From Trichoplax sp. H2 (Eukaryota), in assembly GCA_003344405.1 (NCBI GenBank), contig NOWV01000010.1, positions 1,054,001 to 1,104,365 of the forward strand: 50,365 nucleotides of DNA, written 5' to 3'. The translations under genes and the position numbers were made by a program. The notes under the pieces were generated by a model that had not been told where the DNA came from, ran no database searches, and was given only the letters and a program-made list of their open reading frames with translations. Below are positions 16,101 to 30,500 of this stretch, in pieces (within the stretch, counting starts at the first letter, position 1; the number at the start of each line of letters is the position of its first letter).

Positions 16101-18710
16101 TATTGCAGATAAAATTATTATTTTATAATCCCATTAAAATCTAACTACGACTAAAAATCGCATTGAAATTTTAGCTCTAAAGGCAGATTTTCTATTATTG
16201 TTATCATATCACATATTCTCTTTTTGGGTATCAAGTAGAATATTGATAGGCATGCTTCCCTTTCCTTTTTTGTTAATTTGATAAATTTTCATCTACATAG
16301 GGTCTTGTCGATAGAATATTGTCGATTTTAAGAGTGATCGCTATATTAATCGTCATAACAATATAGTGCAGTTGAAAATTTATAAAAGCGATTTAAATTC
16401 AATTCAATGAAGTTGATTCATTATTTATCGATCTCGATCCCTAGACAAGTATTTATCAATTAATTTTTTACATCTGATTTCGTAGAAAGTATCAGTGGTG
16501 CATACAGTAATTTGATGGTGCTATTTTTCTCCTAAATTCATTATAATAATAAATATAATGTTAAATATTAAGCTCTCTCTATCAAAATGCAAAAATATGA
16601 TAATTTTTTCAATTTGCTAGCAATTAGGGCCATAAATTATTTCATCGTTTTCATTTACTAATAATCCATTCTATATTCTTATGCTGTACTTTTATACTTT
16701 ATTCTGGAAAGATGCTAGTCTACATGATAGCTATTATAACTGAATTTTTCAAGTAATAGATAGTTATAAGCCCCTTTTTTAAATAATTCTAATGTGCGAC
16801 ATCTTGTTTATAAAGTAAGCTCCATGAATAACTATTATATTGATAGAAATTGGACTCTCACCAAAGGTTACACAGAAAAGGAAATAAATGTTTTAACAAT
16901 GATGATAGTCTATTAATGTGCGTTTTAGTTGTGAAAACGAGTAAGAGGTGTTAGATTCGATGACGATCAAAGTACTAACGTAGGAATTAAGTAACATAGT
17001 CATGAAGTATTTTGGTAGTATTTCATTAGAAATAAGAAGCCCAAACATTTAATGATGAAACGTTGTTGTCACATCGCTTGGATATACAACAGATCTTTAA
17101 GACCGTATAAGTAAGGTAATATGAAGTCTTCTAGTCAATGATAACTAATTAAACGTTATATCATATTATAATAACTTATGATGTATATAAGTTTATAGTC
17201 ATGTTGGTGGGGAATTAATGCCTTGTATTTCACCATTAGATACTATAAACAAGTCATAAAATAACTAACTTGCACGAAAAATAGACTGTATAGCGTACAG
17301 TATGATCAATTTTCATGATTAGCAAACAGCGTGGATGTACATATCTATCATCATATTAGAAGAAAACAAAAGTTCCCATTTTAAGCACTAAAGAATAAAT
17401 GTATAAACACGTGATGAAAAACTATAAACGCAAGTTGGCGATAAGTTAAAATATTACAAATGACTGACAATAATGAATAGCATAATGTATGTGGTAAAAG
17501 GCTATAAAGTATTGTGTATGGTAAATTAATATGAAAAAGTCAGGGAATTAGAGTTGATCAAACCCATGGAGAAGAAGTCGATTTGTTGATTCTCATTACT
17601 CATTATAATTAAGGATTTGAATAGTAGGCGGGGCTAAATAAATAGTGATCATCTAATTTTTCTTCATTGAAATTAAAATTACTTTAGACGATTAACCTCT
17701 ACGAGAGACAGAAGTAAACTGTTGGATAGGCTTACCTAAACTAAAATAGTTGTAGTCAATCAATGCCTTAGAGATTTCGCTTTTTAAAGAGTTCCACAAG
17801 TAATCTTAACGATCATAGCTACCGTCGCAATAATGTAGACATAATAGCATATCCATTTTAATACCGTAAGATATAGATAAAAAGTGATAATTGAACACTA
17901 CCCAAATTGAAGGAGATTGTACATGTGCGTTTATATCTTTATAGACTATCTAAAAACGCTCCCTTATTATTTAGATTGACTATTTTGATGTAAACAATAC
18001 AAAAAATTTCATTACATATTAGTAAATTGTACAGAGTAAGTGCATATGTACAAGAGAGAGAGGAGAGAACATGTCTAAAAAGACTTATTCTGTTATCCGA
18101 GTTAACTTAGTGTGCATATTTAACAAATAAGAATATCTCGATTACTATATGTACCGTAGATGACGAGTACAAACTCGTTTGATTACTCAGTTGCTATATT
18201 CATTTTTACTTACTACTTGGAGCAATAAATTAAATAGGAAAGTTGAAATTGGTGAAAGAAAATTGTTAAATAGGAAGATTTTGTCATTATTACTGATAGA
18301 ATATTAGCTAGAAAGCTATCAAAATGATCTTTAGTATCTTTCGTCAGTTTAAACTTTAATTAAACGCTCTTGCTATTGGAAGTGGTATTCTGTAAGTATT
18401 TCTTAAAGTTAAAGTAATATAGAAACATTGAATTTTTGATTTCATAAGAGAGGGTAATAATTTGGTTAAAACTTGCTATATAGACTCATTTATCACTTAA
18501 AATGCTGTTATCAATTGTCAGATATTTTCTTATAAGAACTATTATACATGAAAATAAACTTAACCCATACTTATTCAGAGTAATCGTTTATTGTAAGAAA
18601 ATTAATAGCTATGATGAAGATAGTTTATATCTGTTCTTACCTTTGGCTAAAGTTGGTAAAGCTACGGCTACCATTATAGTCAATGCTAAAATTGTAAACG
18701 ATAGTTTCAT
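13122..18710 (-). CDS. Putative 141-aa secreted protein with an anaphylatoxin-like six-cysteine domain; exons 18710-18641 and 13477-13122
   Basis: Exon 1 is MKLSFTILALTIMVAVALPTLAK (signal-peptide-like) ending in G|GTAAG, phase 1. The exon 2 acceptor TTGCAATAG| is also phase 1 and in frame with the 109-aa ORF containing CCKWGILAAKKGYRC-x39-CKDFHKTFTKCC. Confidence 0.75.
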
Positions 18711-19739
18711 TTCGACGACAAAGAAATTGAAGAATAGATGCCTTGCAATTGATGGTAATCAATTTTTCTTGATTAGTAGTTAGTTTGCCAGATAGTACAA
18801 CTAATGTTGGCCTTATTTAGTATAAGATTAATTTCGAAAAAAGGACGAGGAAGAGAGCGATAGAGGGGAAAACTTCAGACTATAATTATGTAATGATCTA
18901 TCGAGTAAAGGGTAACCCGACTTCTTTTATTTACTGCCTTAATTGATCTAAAGTAATTATACTCGTATGATTTGGATCCTAGATAACACGTATACATATA
19001 CATATACAGTATATAGAAACTGTTATTGTTTTATTTCATGGCATGATCATGGTATTATTTATTTTATCGATTGTGTCTCGACAACACTGCAATCTATTTC
19101 CTTCATCAACTTATAGAATAGATAATAAAATCAGCTATTCTAAGACATACAACATGATTGGACGATTATTGACCACAAAACAAGTTTAAAATAATCATCC
19201 GTAGTCCTTATCAGTAACGAGAACCCTAATTAGCCTATTGGATAAAAGTCTTGACATCGCCTATTGAACAAAATTAAGATGCAACTGGAAATAAAGCCTA
19301 TCCTATAAACACCAGTAATACAATGCGAATAATTTGCATTGTATATCTTTTAATTATTGTACGGTCTTATGTAGTCTTATGCATATATATTCATTTTGAT
19401 GTATTTCCAAGCAAATAAAAATCAATATTGTTTTATTCACGATAGAGAAGTTAATTGCAGGAGGTGCAGATTTCTTGTCTTTTATGTTTTCAAAGATAAA
19501 TAATACGTTTGTACATGCTTAAACTAGAAACACAATCTAAACATGGACTTCCTTACTAGCATTAAGAGTAGAAGTTTTTTGTATATATTTTAATATCAAC
19601 AGAGCAGGTTGATAATGATGAATGTTAATTAACTTCCAGCATGCTTGGACTGCAACATAAAATCAAACCATGTAATGTTCATTGGTAAACTAGTATGTAC
19701 ATAAATAAATCCTTTCTTGCATGATTTTTTTATCATTAA

Positions 19740-21920
19740 GAGTTGAGGCTAAGTTAGTTTAACCTCCATTCTATAAAGGTTATGTATTGTTCCATTTCCA
19801 ACATTAGATCGATTCGTTCATTATTAATTGGCCAGATGACAGATGAAATAAATTATACTCTTTATATCCGATTGAGTAGAATAGAAGTTGGCAGATATTA
19901 CTAATAGCATTGGTATTTGTAACATGATAAAGGATTTAATCCCATGAGAGAATCTTTGCATCATTCATGGCATTGCATGCAGATTGATATCAAGACGTGA
20001 TCTCATATCACGATTTTAATTAATAGAATGTAATATTGTACATAAGGACTACAAATGGCGCCGAATAATCAGTTGGATCTCCAGCCTTGCCATTTATTAT
20101 AAGATCGGCGCCTTTATGACTCACACCAATATATGCCATCGATGCAACAGTATGACATGGAAAAATTGGATAATAGAACTCGATCACGGTAGAACTAGAA
20201 TTATTATCTTCGTTCCAATTTTGATTTCGGTATGTAAATAAATCAAACTTCCGTTTCAACGATCCTTAAGATGTTCGAGTTAAGGGCCATTTCTAATCAT
20301 AGCTATCATTTGAATTGTTGGAATCTACTGCACAGGCAAAATAGACCATGCTATAGCGTCAATCTATATATACTTGCCAATTGGATAATTAAAGAATTAG
20401 AAAATGTGTAAAACAATATACCAGGTGAATAAGTATTAATATTGTGTTTTTACCATCAGACTTGGGGCGTATTACGGTTTATACCCATACTATTATTTTA
20501 TTCATAATTAGGGATAATTAATTATGCGCGTAACGAGTCTTATCCAATATCTCACTATCAATTTTAGACGTTCTTATTAATAATATTCCCCCCAAAATAA
20601 TTAAGGAATCATTTCATATCATATCCGGTGGAAGAAGAACAGTGAATGGTCTTTCATACTTTAAATAATGTTGATTAATAAATTAGCTGTTGATCATTTA
20701 CTCAATGGGCAAATTAGAAGATCTTAATTTCTAACGGATCTTGACAAAGTAAACTTCTCATTATTTTAATAGCAACTACTAATCAGCATTCAATTCCGTA
20801 AACTTAGTTGTTTATTGTGTACCTCTAAAATCTCTATAGATTAACAATCGTCTACAATATGATGCAGCTACCTGGGTAAATATTACCAAATCAAATACGA
20901 TGTTATCTTCCGCAGTATTGGTTGGTTATTTTCTTCTGACGTATAATAACCTTGTGAAATTAAGAGTTGCTTCGATAAATCAGTAAACACAAAGTGATTT
21001 ATCGTTCTCTTTACCGTGAGCGTTTGTTCTACTATTAATAATCAAATCATTAATGTTCTTTCATTAAAAAGCTGAGAGAAAACGATGCTATAGCGTTTGA
21101 AGAAAAAAGTACTGAATTCTATTGTTTTTAAAGAGTAAATTATATGACAATTAACAGTTTGATTCCAATACAACGTTATAAATCTATTCCTATTGAAAAT
21201 TATTTTAAATAAAACTGAACTTACCACTATATATCTGCGTTCATTACGTACTCTATACATAACTGCCAAAGAAATACTTTCTGAGAAGTTAAAATGAGGG
21301 TGATATAATTAATTCACAAATTGGGGATGGGCTAAATTATTTCTATAGCTAACGTATCGTTAATTTAGCATACTAATTAATTCATTGGTTCTTTATAGGA
21401 TATTTACCTTTTTGATTTGGTAGCTTTTAAACTGAGTTTGCGTCCAATTACGATATGGTTATCGTTACGATTAATTTTATATGATACGTGGTAGACAGTT
21501 TATTTTGAAATTTAGAACGTATGCGTCCCGAATTACGGTAACCATCCACTTCAGATTTTTAGATAGCGCCCAAGTTCTCATTAACGATTAGCCATTCAAT
21601 TAAATTCTTTCCATACGGTATGGTAGTTAATTACGATTATCGTATTTTCTTCAAGGGCTATAAATATTCGTTCCTAATTTTATCCGTAAAATTTGAATTT
21701 ATTAATTGAATTCTCTTGTCAGTTATATTTAGAATTTGTTTCGTAATGTTCATCGTCCTTCTGTCACCTATTGAGCAGTTCCTGCTTGCAGATAGGACAT
21801 TCTTAACTGAAGTTTACCTGTGCAATGAGCAGTATATAATTTGTGATAGAGTGGCCAACTCGACTAATATATTCTTCACTCAGCGTATAGCTTGGATCAG
21901 AAAGCTTCCGCGTTGAGATT
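19740..21920 (+). pseudogene. Possible heavily decayed intronless LRR-containing GPCR-like sequence
   Basis: Stop-riddled fragments in plausible order: PPFYKGYVLF, LRR-like NIVFLPSDL, LSILDVLINNIP and MGKLEDLNF, then PCEIKSCFD..*FIVLFTV and hydrophobic IFRICFVMFIVLLSPI. This is pattern recognition only; there is no intact frame. Confidence 0.25.
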
Positions 21921-23254
21921 CGCTATCGAATACTAACGTAGACATTAGTAACATTAGGATTAGTATTGCAATCCATGCGACAATAGAAAGCTTACAGTTA
22001 TCGCATCGTCTTCAGAAAGTTATTTACAACCATGTTTAATAATACCGGTCTTTACTATCCCATGGTAACCTGGTGTATAGCGTGCACATAATTATCCTCG
22101 CATACCACTGCTTGATATAGCAATTACGATAGGATAATAATTATAATTGGTAACAAAACGAGATGACAGATAGAATGATTTAAAAAAATTGGACAATTAA
22201 CAAAGGCTGGCGTTAGTCGTAATTAGATATATTGTGCTGTAGATTGTAGGTAAGTCTAGATACTGATAGGACTCTTGTGCTCTTCAGTCTCTAGTGTCTC
22301 TTTGCGAAGCAGATTGCATGCGAATACGGTCTGCAGAAGAGGAAAGAGAACTAACAACAATAAAAACAAAAACAACTACCCTAGCGATAGCCCTCGCAAA
22401 ATTAATACAAGTAGACAGTTCTCACATAATATCGTGATTTACATCAAAATTATTTTATTGCGCATGTATACGAGCTTATTGAAAATTTGAATTGTTTACT
22501 ACACTCGCAGTCAAGTCTTATACACTTTGAAGAACTCACTATAATTGATTGGAAATAAAATAGTAAATACCAGGGACTATATTAGGAAGGAGGAAAATAT
22601 TAATCGAGCAATCCTTGTAAATTCCCCCATTCTATAATCACGCAATAGAACGATCTGATGGATAAAATGTTGTACCATGATTCTGCATTAAGACGAGTAA
22701 AGCTCTTCTATTCTATATACTAGGTATTGTTTATTTGTTTTACAGGACACATTGAAAAATGGCCATATCTTCATTGATACCATTTTCGTCTTTTTATTCT
22801 CTTTGATAGATCAAGAATAATCAAAGATATTGTCTTGTATTAAGCTATAGAATGTTTTTAAATGCAAAATAGTTTGTGTATTAGAGATTTGAATTGTAAG
22901 GTATTGGAGAGAATAAAGCAACTTACGGTTAGACAAGTGAACTGAAACAGTTTATTATTCCACTGTGTGTACAATGCTACAGCATATCACAGGTGCATCA
23001 TGTATAAATATCATAGGTCGAAAAGCAAATTATAAACAACACTTAATGCTTATATCCGACTACCGCATACCTTTGAAGCTGTTATTTAAACACCTGACTT
23101 AGCTACTACCTGAATATCGTGAAATAAAATGTGCAAGTACTTGCAGTACACGAAGTATAACGAGCGTGGGTTCTACTATTTATTTTTTATTTTGAGGCAA
23201 GATGGTGTTCCAAGGTCCGTCAGTCGCCTACAGTGGCCAATAGGACTGATAGAG

Positions 23255-23436
23255 ACTTAAGTCAGCTGATTTTTTAATCAATAATGACGCGATATTTTTA
23301 GCTGTCAGCATCTTTGACTTATTATGCAGACTGCCATCAGTCTCTTTTCCACACAGGTGATCCCTGTGGAAAGTTATGTCAGCCTATTTTCTAATAATGA
23401 TGCGACATATTAGCTGTCAGTCCCTTTGACTTATTT
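23255..23436. repeat. Two diverged copies of a ~60-bp unit
   Basis: GTCAGCTGATTTTTTAATCAATAATGACGCGATATTTTTAGCTGTCAGCATCTTTGACTTATT versus GTCAGCCTATTTTCTAATAATGATGCGACATATTAGCTGTCAGTCCCTTTGACTTATT. Confidence 0.7.
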
Positions 23437-23644
23437 TATTGCGAAGTAGAAAATAACTTGAGTACTAAGGTAGTGTATTACCCAAATCGAGAATTAAGAG
23501 TCAAACTACGTATAAAAATACATAATCTAATATAGCCTAACGTATAATTACAACTAATGAGTCAGTGATCACTCGTGCCGAAAAGAGAGACAGAGACAGA
23601 TGACCTACAAAACCCAAGTTAGGTATTTTTCAGGTTTCATTTGG

Positions 23645-24605
23645 CATAATACTTTATATAATATAGTCGGTTAATAGAGTAAAATCCAATCTACGGTATA
23701 ACAAATGAATTCCGATAGAACGACCAAGGAGTAATAAAAGAACTACCGTCTAGAATACCTTATTGTTATTGAAACAAAATTGAAAAAAAAATTAAAAATT
23801 GATACATAGCAATGGCCGTATATACGCGCTGTGTATTCTACCTCACACGTGTATCATAGCTGAGTCCAATACTGTGTCCTTACTTCTCAGTAATACTTTG
23901 TATAATTAATGTAGACGCTTAATAATAGAATAAAATATAACTTACAGTACAATAAATGAATTTCTATAGGATGGCCAGGAAAAATAAAAGAACTGCTATC
24001 TAAAATATCTTATTGTTGTTAAAATAAAATCGGCCATCAAATTGCTAGATAATGCATAGCAGCGGCTGTCCATAGTGTATTCTATCTCGCATGTGTATTA
24101 TACCGGAGTCCAATACTGTGCCCTCAGTTCTCAGTAATACTTTATGTAATTAATTGATATAGACGGTTAATAGAAGAAAATATAAGTTACAATACAGTAA
24201 ATGAATTTGGATAGGATAACCAAGGAGTAATTAAAAGAACTGCTATCTAAAATATCTCAATATTGTTAAAATAAAATCGGACATCAAATTGCTAGCTAAT
24301 GCATAGCAACGGCTGTCCATAGTGTTATATAACCGAGTCCAATACTGTGCCCTCAGTTCTCAGTGATACTTTATATAATTAATTGATATAGACGGTTAAT
24401 AGAAGAATATAGTACTTATAGTACAATAAATGAATTTTGGATAGGATAACCAAGGAGTAATTAAAAGAACTGCTATCTAAAATATCTTAATATTGTTAAA
24501 AAAAGTCGGACAAAAAATTGCAAGCTAATGCGTAGCAACAGCTGCATATTGAGTGCACATAGTGTATTCTACCTTGCACGTGTATCATAACCGAGTCATA
24601 CACTG
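23645..24605. repeat. Tandem repeat of about four diverged copies of a ~230-250 bp unit
   Basis: The anchor AATGAATT..ATAG.A..CCA.G.....TAAAAGAACT.C..TCTA.AATA recurs near 23704, 23956, 24200 and 24429. GAGTCCAATACTGTG.CC...TTCTCAGT.ATACTTT also recurs. Confidence 0.92.
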
Positions 24606-27597
24606 TTTTCTGAGTGCTCCACTCAGAAGCAAAAACACGCACATAACTAAGGCTATATAAGAAAATGAACAGGCAGTGAAAATATCATATCGTTATTCCA
24701 ATCAAAACATGACGCAGGTTATTGCACGACGCAGTCGTTATGCAATAGTAAATCCAGGTACCGGGTCCGGTACCTTTTATCGAGAGATCTGTCACGATAC
24801 GAAACGTAGCTGAAATTGGACTGGTGATTTCAGCTAATTACGGTAGCAACATGGAGCAGCAGCACTCAATTTCCAGGTAATGGATTGCGAACCAAGAAGG
24901 GATTATTAAGCCCATTCATTTCAGGAAATTACCGCAAAATTGCAAAACTAGAACCATTTACCTGAGTATTTCTTATTAACAGGTTATTATTTGGATAAGC
25001 CGTTAATGAAAATACGGATAATTGTCATTGTTTGAGAAGTTAATATTACAGGTTGATGAAATTATATAGGGCTGAATTGTTGTAGTTTAAATGTTATTTT
25101 CATACATATTAGTGCGAGACATTATGATACTAATTGTCAAGCTGTTGTTGTAAGTGCATAAAATTAATGAATAAGATTCTATTTCATATTAATTTAGATA
25201 AGATTTATCTTATAGAAATTATACTCGTACATTTTAGATGTAATAGATTACTTGTTTTGCATATATGGGTTATAATTAATTAGTTACAGAGGGTCATGAA
25301 ACTGGCGTAACAGAAACGTTTTTGAAATAAAACATTTTATTTCATTGTAAAAGCGATTTTGGAGTAATGAATTGATTTAGGATGAAACCTGGCCGAAAAT
25401 AATACCTGATGATAACCAGGAAGTCGGTAGCGTAGGTGCCGAGTATGATATACAGTAGATGTAAAAGTCTAGATAAATTTAATTCTTTGGCCAATAATTA
25501 TCGAGCTTTATGGAAAATTTAAAATCAACATATAAGGAAACTGCTGTAAGTTATGCTAGTTGATAAAGTCTACGATTTTTCTGAAAAAATACGCCATGCT
25601 AACTATATATCTTGAAATAGAAAATATAAATCCAAATAAAAACATAGATTTTTCGTTATTTAGATATATTACTTTCACATCCCTACCTTGTTTATATGCA
25701 ATGTATGATCTTGCTGGTCTAATAACTTAACGTTTCTAAAAAAGTTATCATTCTTTTGATTGTAGATTTGAAAAAAGCAAATCATACGCAGTTTCCTATA
25801 TAAGTTATATGAAAATAATAAATATGGGTATTGAATGCCTTTAAGTAGCTCTAATGCTGATACAGTTAATATTCAGCTAAAACGTTTCAATTTAGCTGCT
25901 GAATTGATATGAATAAGAGGGTAATTTAGTAAGTAAGGACATTGCAGAAGATAATATCTCGTCTGCAACATGATTCGCTATTTCTGTAATTATGATATTC
26001 ATCTAAGGGCTCGAGGTAAGTTTTACTCAGCATCGCTCACAAGGTAAACAGTGTCGTGCATTTTCGCTGATTTGATTCTAATAGCAATTTATGAATTGAG
26101 GATATATTAAGGGTTGCTATAAAATCGTAAAATCGCATACGCAAATATATAGCCAAATCGCAACGTTACCAGCATTCTATTTTATTTTCCAGATAGTTTT
26201 GTAGCTAATCAATTATTTTACTTTGTCAGCATCGATAATTAACATTATTAAAATGGATTAATATTATTAATACAATAATTACTCATTTACTTATTATTCA
26301 ATTTTAAAATGGCAGTCTTATGTACTTATGATGACTCACAAAGTAATAAAAAGAATCATTGTATTAATTACCTATCTTTTCGCTATAGTACTGTACTGCA
26401 CATCATTTGCATATGAATCCTGCAAATAGTTTACCTAAATATTGCAAATATTGAACTTTACCCAGAATATCACTTAGACAAGCGGTTGATTGACTAAAGA
26501 TATTTCAGATGATTCAATTAGTCATTTTTATTGGTATAATTACTATTTATATCAAGAGAGTGCTACGCATGGATGATGTGTAATAAGATTTTAATGCAAG
26601 ATATAATTGATAATAGGAAACGTTATTTAAATTTAGTATTTACAGACCAGTAAAGTTTTAACAGTGATACAATTTCAAAATGTTTATTATAATATTTAAA
26701 TAAACCTGAGCTATTCCTACAATCTATTTTATCATCTATGCAGCAGCCTAAATAGTGATATCTAAAAACATGTAATCAGTTTCCGACTACGATAAACACA
26801 TATTCTGTTTGTTCTAATAAGTTCATATACACAACGTCATTGACCATAAAATAAAATCTGTAAGTACCTCTAATGACGGTCAGATATCATGCATAGCAGA
26901 GATAATATCTTGGCGACACGACCATAATGAAAAAATTTCGATTTCATTATGAGCGTGAAATATAGGACCAATTACTTCAATATATAATATAATCTATTCT
27001 TTAAATGAATTTGCTATAAAAAGTATTTGACATACGTATGTCTATACTGTAATACTCTATCTTTAAATAAGCAGACGCAAAGGAATACTTAAATTAAATA
27101 TTAGTAAATGGAGTGGTAGTAGAATTAATTTAAAATATTTAGTTTTATATCTTAAATAAGGATGAATTTACGTAAAATTCTTTTATGGTACCAATGAATA
27201 AGACCTTATCTTTTTACTCATCTACTCGTACTTAGCAAATCTAAAGTCTGACAGTGTTACTTGGCTCTGGAGAATTAATAACTCTTCCAATATTGACTGA
27301 GCGATAATGAAGATAGATATTCTGGTCATATCAGTTTATTAATTTGATATATATTTAAGATATTGACGCAGTTAACCATACGTTTTGTCCATTTACGATG
27401 CAAAACTATAATAGAATGATAGATGACCTACGTCAATTCTTAATTTATGCTTATTATTTCTAATCGATGTAAAGCTAAAGCATATGGGCAAGCTTTTGTT
27501 CCCTTATCGCGTCTAACATACATTTATATCAGTCATCGACAAACATATGTTTCATATAAATTGATCAGACTGTCAGGAAATTTTAAACATAATCACA

Positions 27598-30500
27598 ATG
27601 GCGGCTAGTAGAACCATCAATAGTTGGGTTTTTCTAATCATAGCTCTTTCATTCCTTGTACAAACTAATATTCACTCTTCTCAGGCTGCAGTAATATTTG
27701 ACATCGATAGCAATGTATCTCAACCTCTACCAACAACGGATAACGTAAGTTGAACAGTATTAATAAAAGGTTTCACTGAATGGAAGTATATGCTTTCAAT
27801 TCGAATGTGTTAATGTCATCATTCTTATTACTATTAGTATTAATCTTTTATTCCGTTTACTTAATCGATCGGCTTAGTTTTAGCGTATTGACGTTTAAGC
27901 ATAATTGGATCATCTATTTTCCACAAAAAAGAAAAACTTTATTGCAATCCGACATCATTTCATCTATTGGAGCTATTGAAGCTGCACAAATTAGAAATAT
28001 TGTCAACAATAAATCGGAGTTACTTCTTATTGATTAGCTTAAATGCCGACGATAATGTACCTTATGTATCCATTAGATGTAATCAGCTGCACAGTACAAT
28101 GTTGACAGAATGTCAAACAGCAATAATTTGACTTCACATTAATTATAAAAAATTTTCTACATATTATATTAAATATTATCCATCAGCCATATCGACTATG
28201 ATTTGTCGCTCTAATAAAAATGATTACAATTTTTTGCTCAAAGACAAGTGGTGGTGCTGGTGATACTTGCTACCAGATGAGACATAGCTGGTTTCCCTGT
28301 GCTAATAACGTAAGCAATTAGTTGACTATTTCGTAAAAAGTAAGAGACGAAGCAAATATTAATAGCACCGCTGCAAGATTTGTTAATGATTATAAAATTA
28401 GCTCCAGTATTTATAAAAATATATAGAATATCATGAAGATTTTTGTAAGACGTTCCAGTATTTCTTGTTTAAAGTTTGAAAGACTGATTATGAAGCTAAT
28501 ACATGACTACTTTATAGATTCCTGGAAATTTGATTTTAATGGTCTTTTATGGCACGATATTGATAATGGCAGCTAAATTAATTTCAGGTATGGAAGGATA
28601 AAATACTGTTTTAATTATCGTATGAAGAGTGTACGATTATAATACCTGACATAGAATACATAATTAATCTGCCTCATCTTAAATCTGGTCGATCAATTAC
28701 CTATGCTTTGTGAGCTTATCAAGTTAGGTTCTCAGAATACGATTAGTTTCATAAAATAATACAACATTTTATTATATTTTGTTATGGGAATCATGTTTAC
28801 ACAATCTGATGTACATAACATATTAATTAATGTATTTTAACAGATGGAGCAGAATTGTTGTTAGATTTAGGATTGCCAGCCAGCATCATTGGTAAGTGAG
28901 ATCTATTGAAGTTGCAGAATCATCATTACCTCATAATATTCGTATATAACATACCGTAATAACATAGTAATTTAGAAAGCGAATTTGCGAAAATAGATAA
29001 TATAAGCATAATAAATGATAATAATAATGATTTAGGACTTTATAACAATTAGGTGGGTTGGTATTGCCACTACTAGGAGCCATACCTGATGCAGTCATGA
29101 TTTTAGTATCTGGATTAGGACCTAAAGAATTAGCGCAAAGAAAAATAAGCGTAGGAATGGGGTATGAATTTTAGTTTACCGATAAGGCTGAAAAGTTTAG
29201 AACAGAGAAAAATACGAAGATGAATTGAACTTGATAGTATTTACAAGCTATTGATAGAAATAAGCAAATGTTAAGTTAATGCTGGACTCGTTCTGTTTGC
29301 TCATGAACTAATTTCTCAATGATTAATTCTAGAGCATTGGCTGGTAGCACAATTATGTTGCTAACACTAGCTTGGGCGGGTAGTTTAATTATTGGCAGGT
29401 GTGATTTAGGCGAAGACGGTAAAGCAATCGAAAAAACGGGCGCTGATAAATTTAGCCTAACCCGCCAGGTATTCAACTTGAACTACTAGATGTTGCTCTT
29501 ACCTAAGATTGATGATCGTTTCGTGTCTTTTATCTTTCTTGAATCAGCCATAAATGAAATCTATAAATATCCTTTGTTATTTTAGGGAGTTACCGTTATG
29601 AGTGATGTCAAAGTTGGTGTTATTGTGATGGTTTTAACATCTCTATCCTACCTGTAAGCTCTATGTTGATATGTTAATTAATTTAGATGCTAAGTAAAAC
29701 GCAAAATCTACCTCTATTTCGATTGTTATACAGTAGTATTTTCAAATTATTAAACAAATTAGAATTTGATTTATAGTTAAGGGTTTAAGTTAGGTTTTAG
29801 CTTTCTTGACTGATTAAATAATCGCCAATGCTATGCAATATTTCAATATCTTCTATTTATGATCCAGCGTTGTGCAAACTGCTGATTGGGTTTATGGTCC
29901 GAGCAAAGTAGGGCCTCAACCGGCTTATATTCGCTACTGTGCTCTAGCAACAATGATTATAAGCATTATCAGCTGTATTGTTAACATGGCCTATTTGGTA
30001 AATACTGTGTTAAATTTATTTTTTTAGCTATGATAGCAAAAACTCAGTTTTATGTTTGATAAATACTCATTCAATTGGATAATTTAGATATGGGATAGTA
30101 AAGCTGCAGAAAGAAGGCAGCAAAGACGTCATGAAGAAATGTAAAATGATTAAGTTGAAACTATTAATGATTACTCATAACGTATTTAAGATTGTTGTTG
30201 CTTGAATTCCAACTGAATGACAGTTATCATTGAAAATAGGCTGAAAAGAAAAGTAGTACAAAAATTCATTCTGAATATGACCGCTTCATTTACACAGCCG
30301 TCCAAAATAGGCGATGTTGAAAGAGCACAAGATCATAACACTAAGGTAGCTGGTACAAGCCAAGCTAATGAGGACGAAGAATCTACGAATGAGAAAAGCC
30401 GATTGGTTCCTCCTGCAGCTGGTGTGTATAGAATAAGGCTAAATTTATATTAACCTAGTCTTTTCAGTCAAGTTTTACTGTTAAAAGTAGCAAGATGTCG

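Noticed and set aside
20020-20259. 79-aa minus-strand ORF
   Set aside because: It has a non-ATG start, no recognisable domain, and in-frame stops on both sides. It is probably the antisense shadow of decayed coding sequence.
23645-24605. CRISPR-like periodicity in the tandem arrays (also 33900-34345)
   Set aside because: Whole units are homologous with no unique spacers, the context is eukaryotic, and there are no cas genes.
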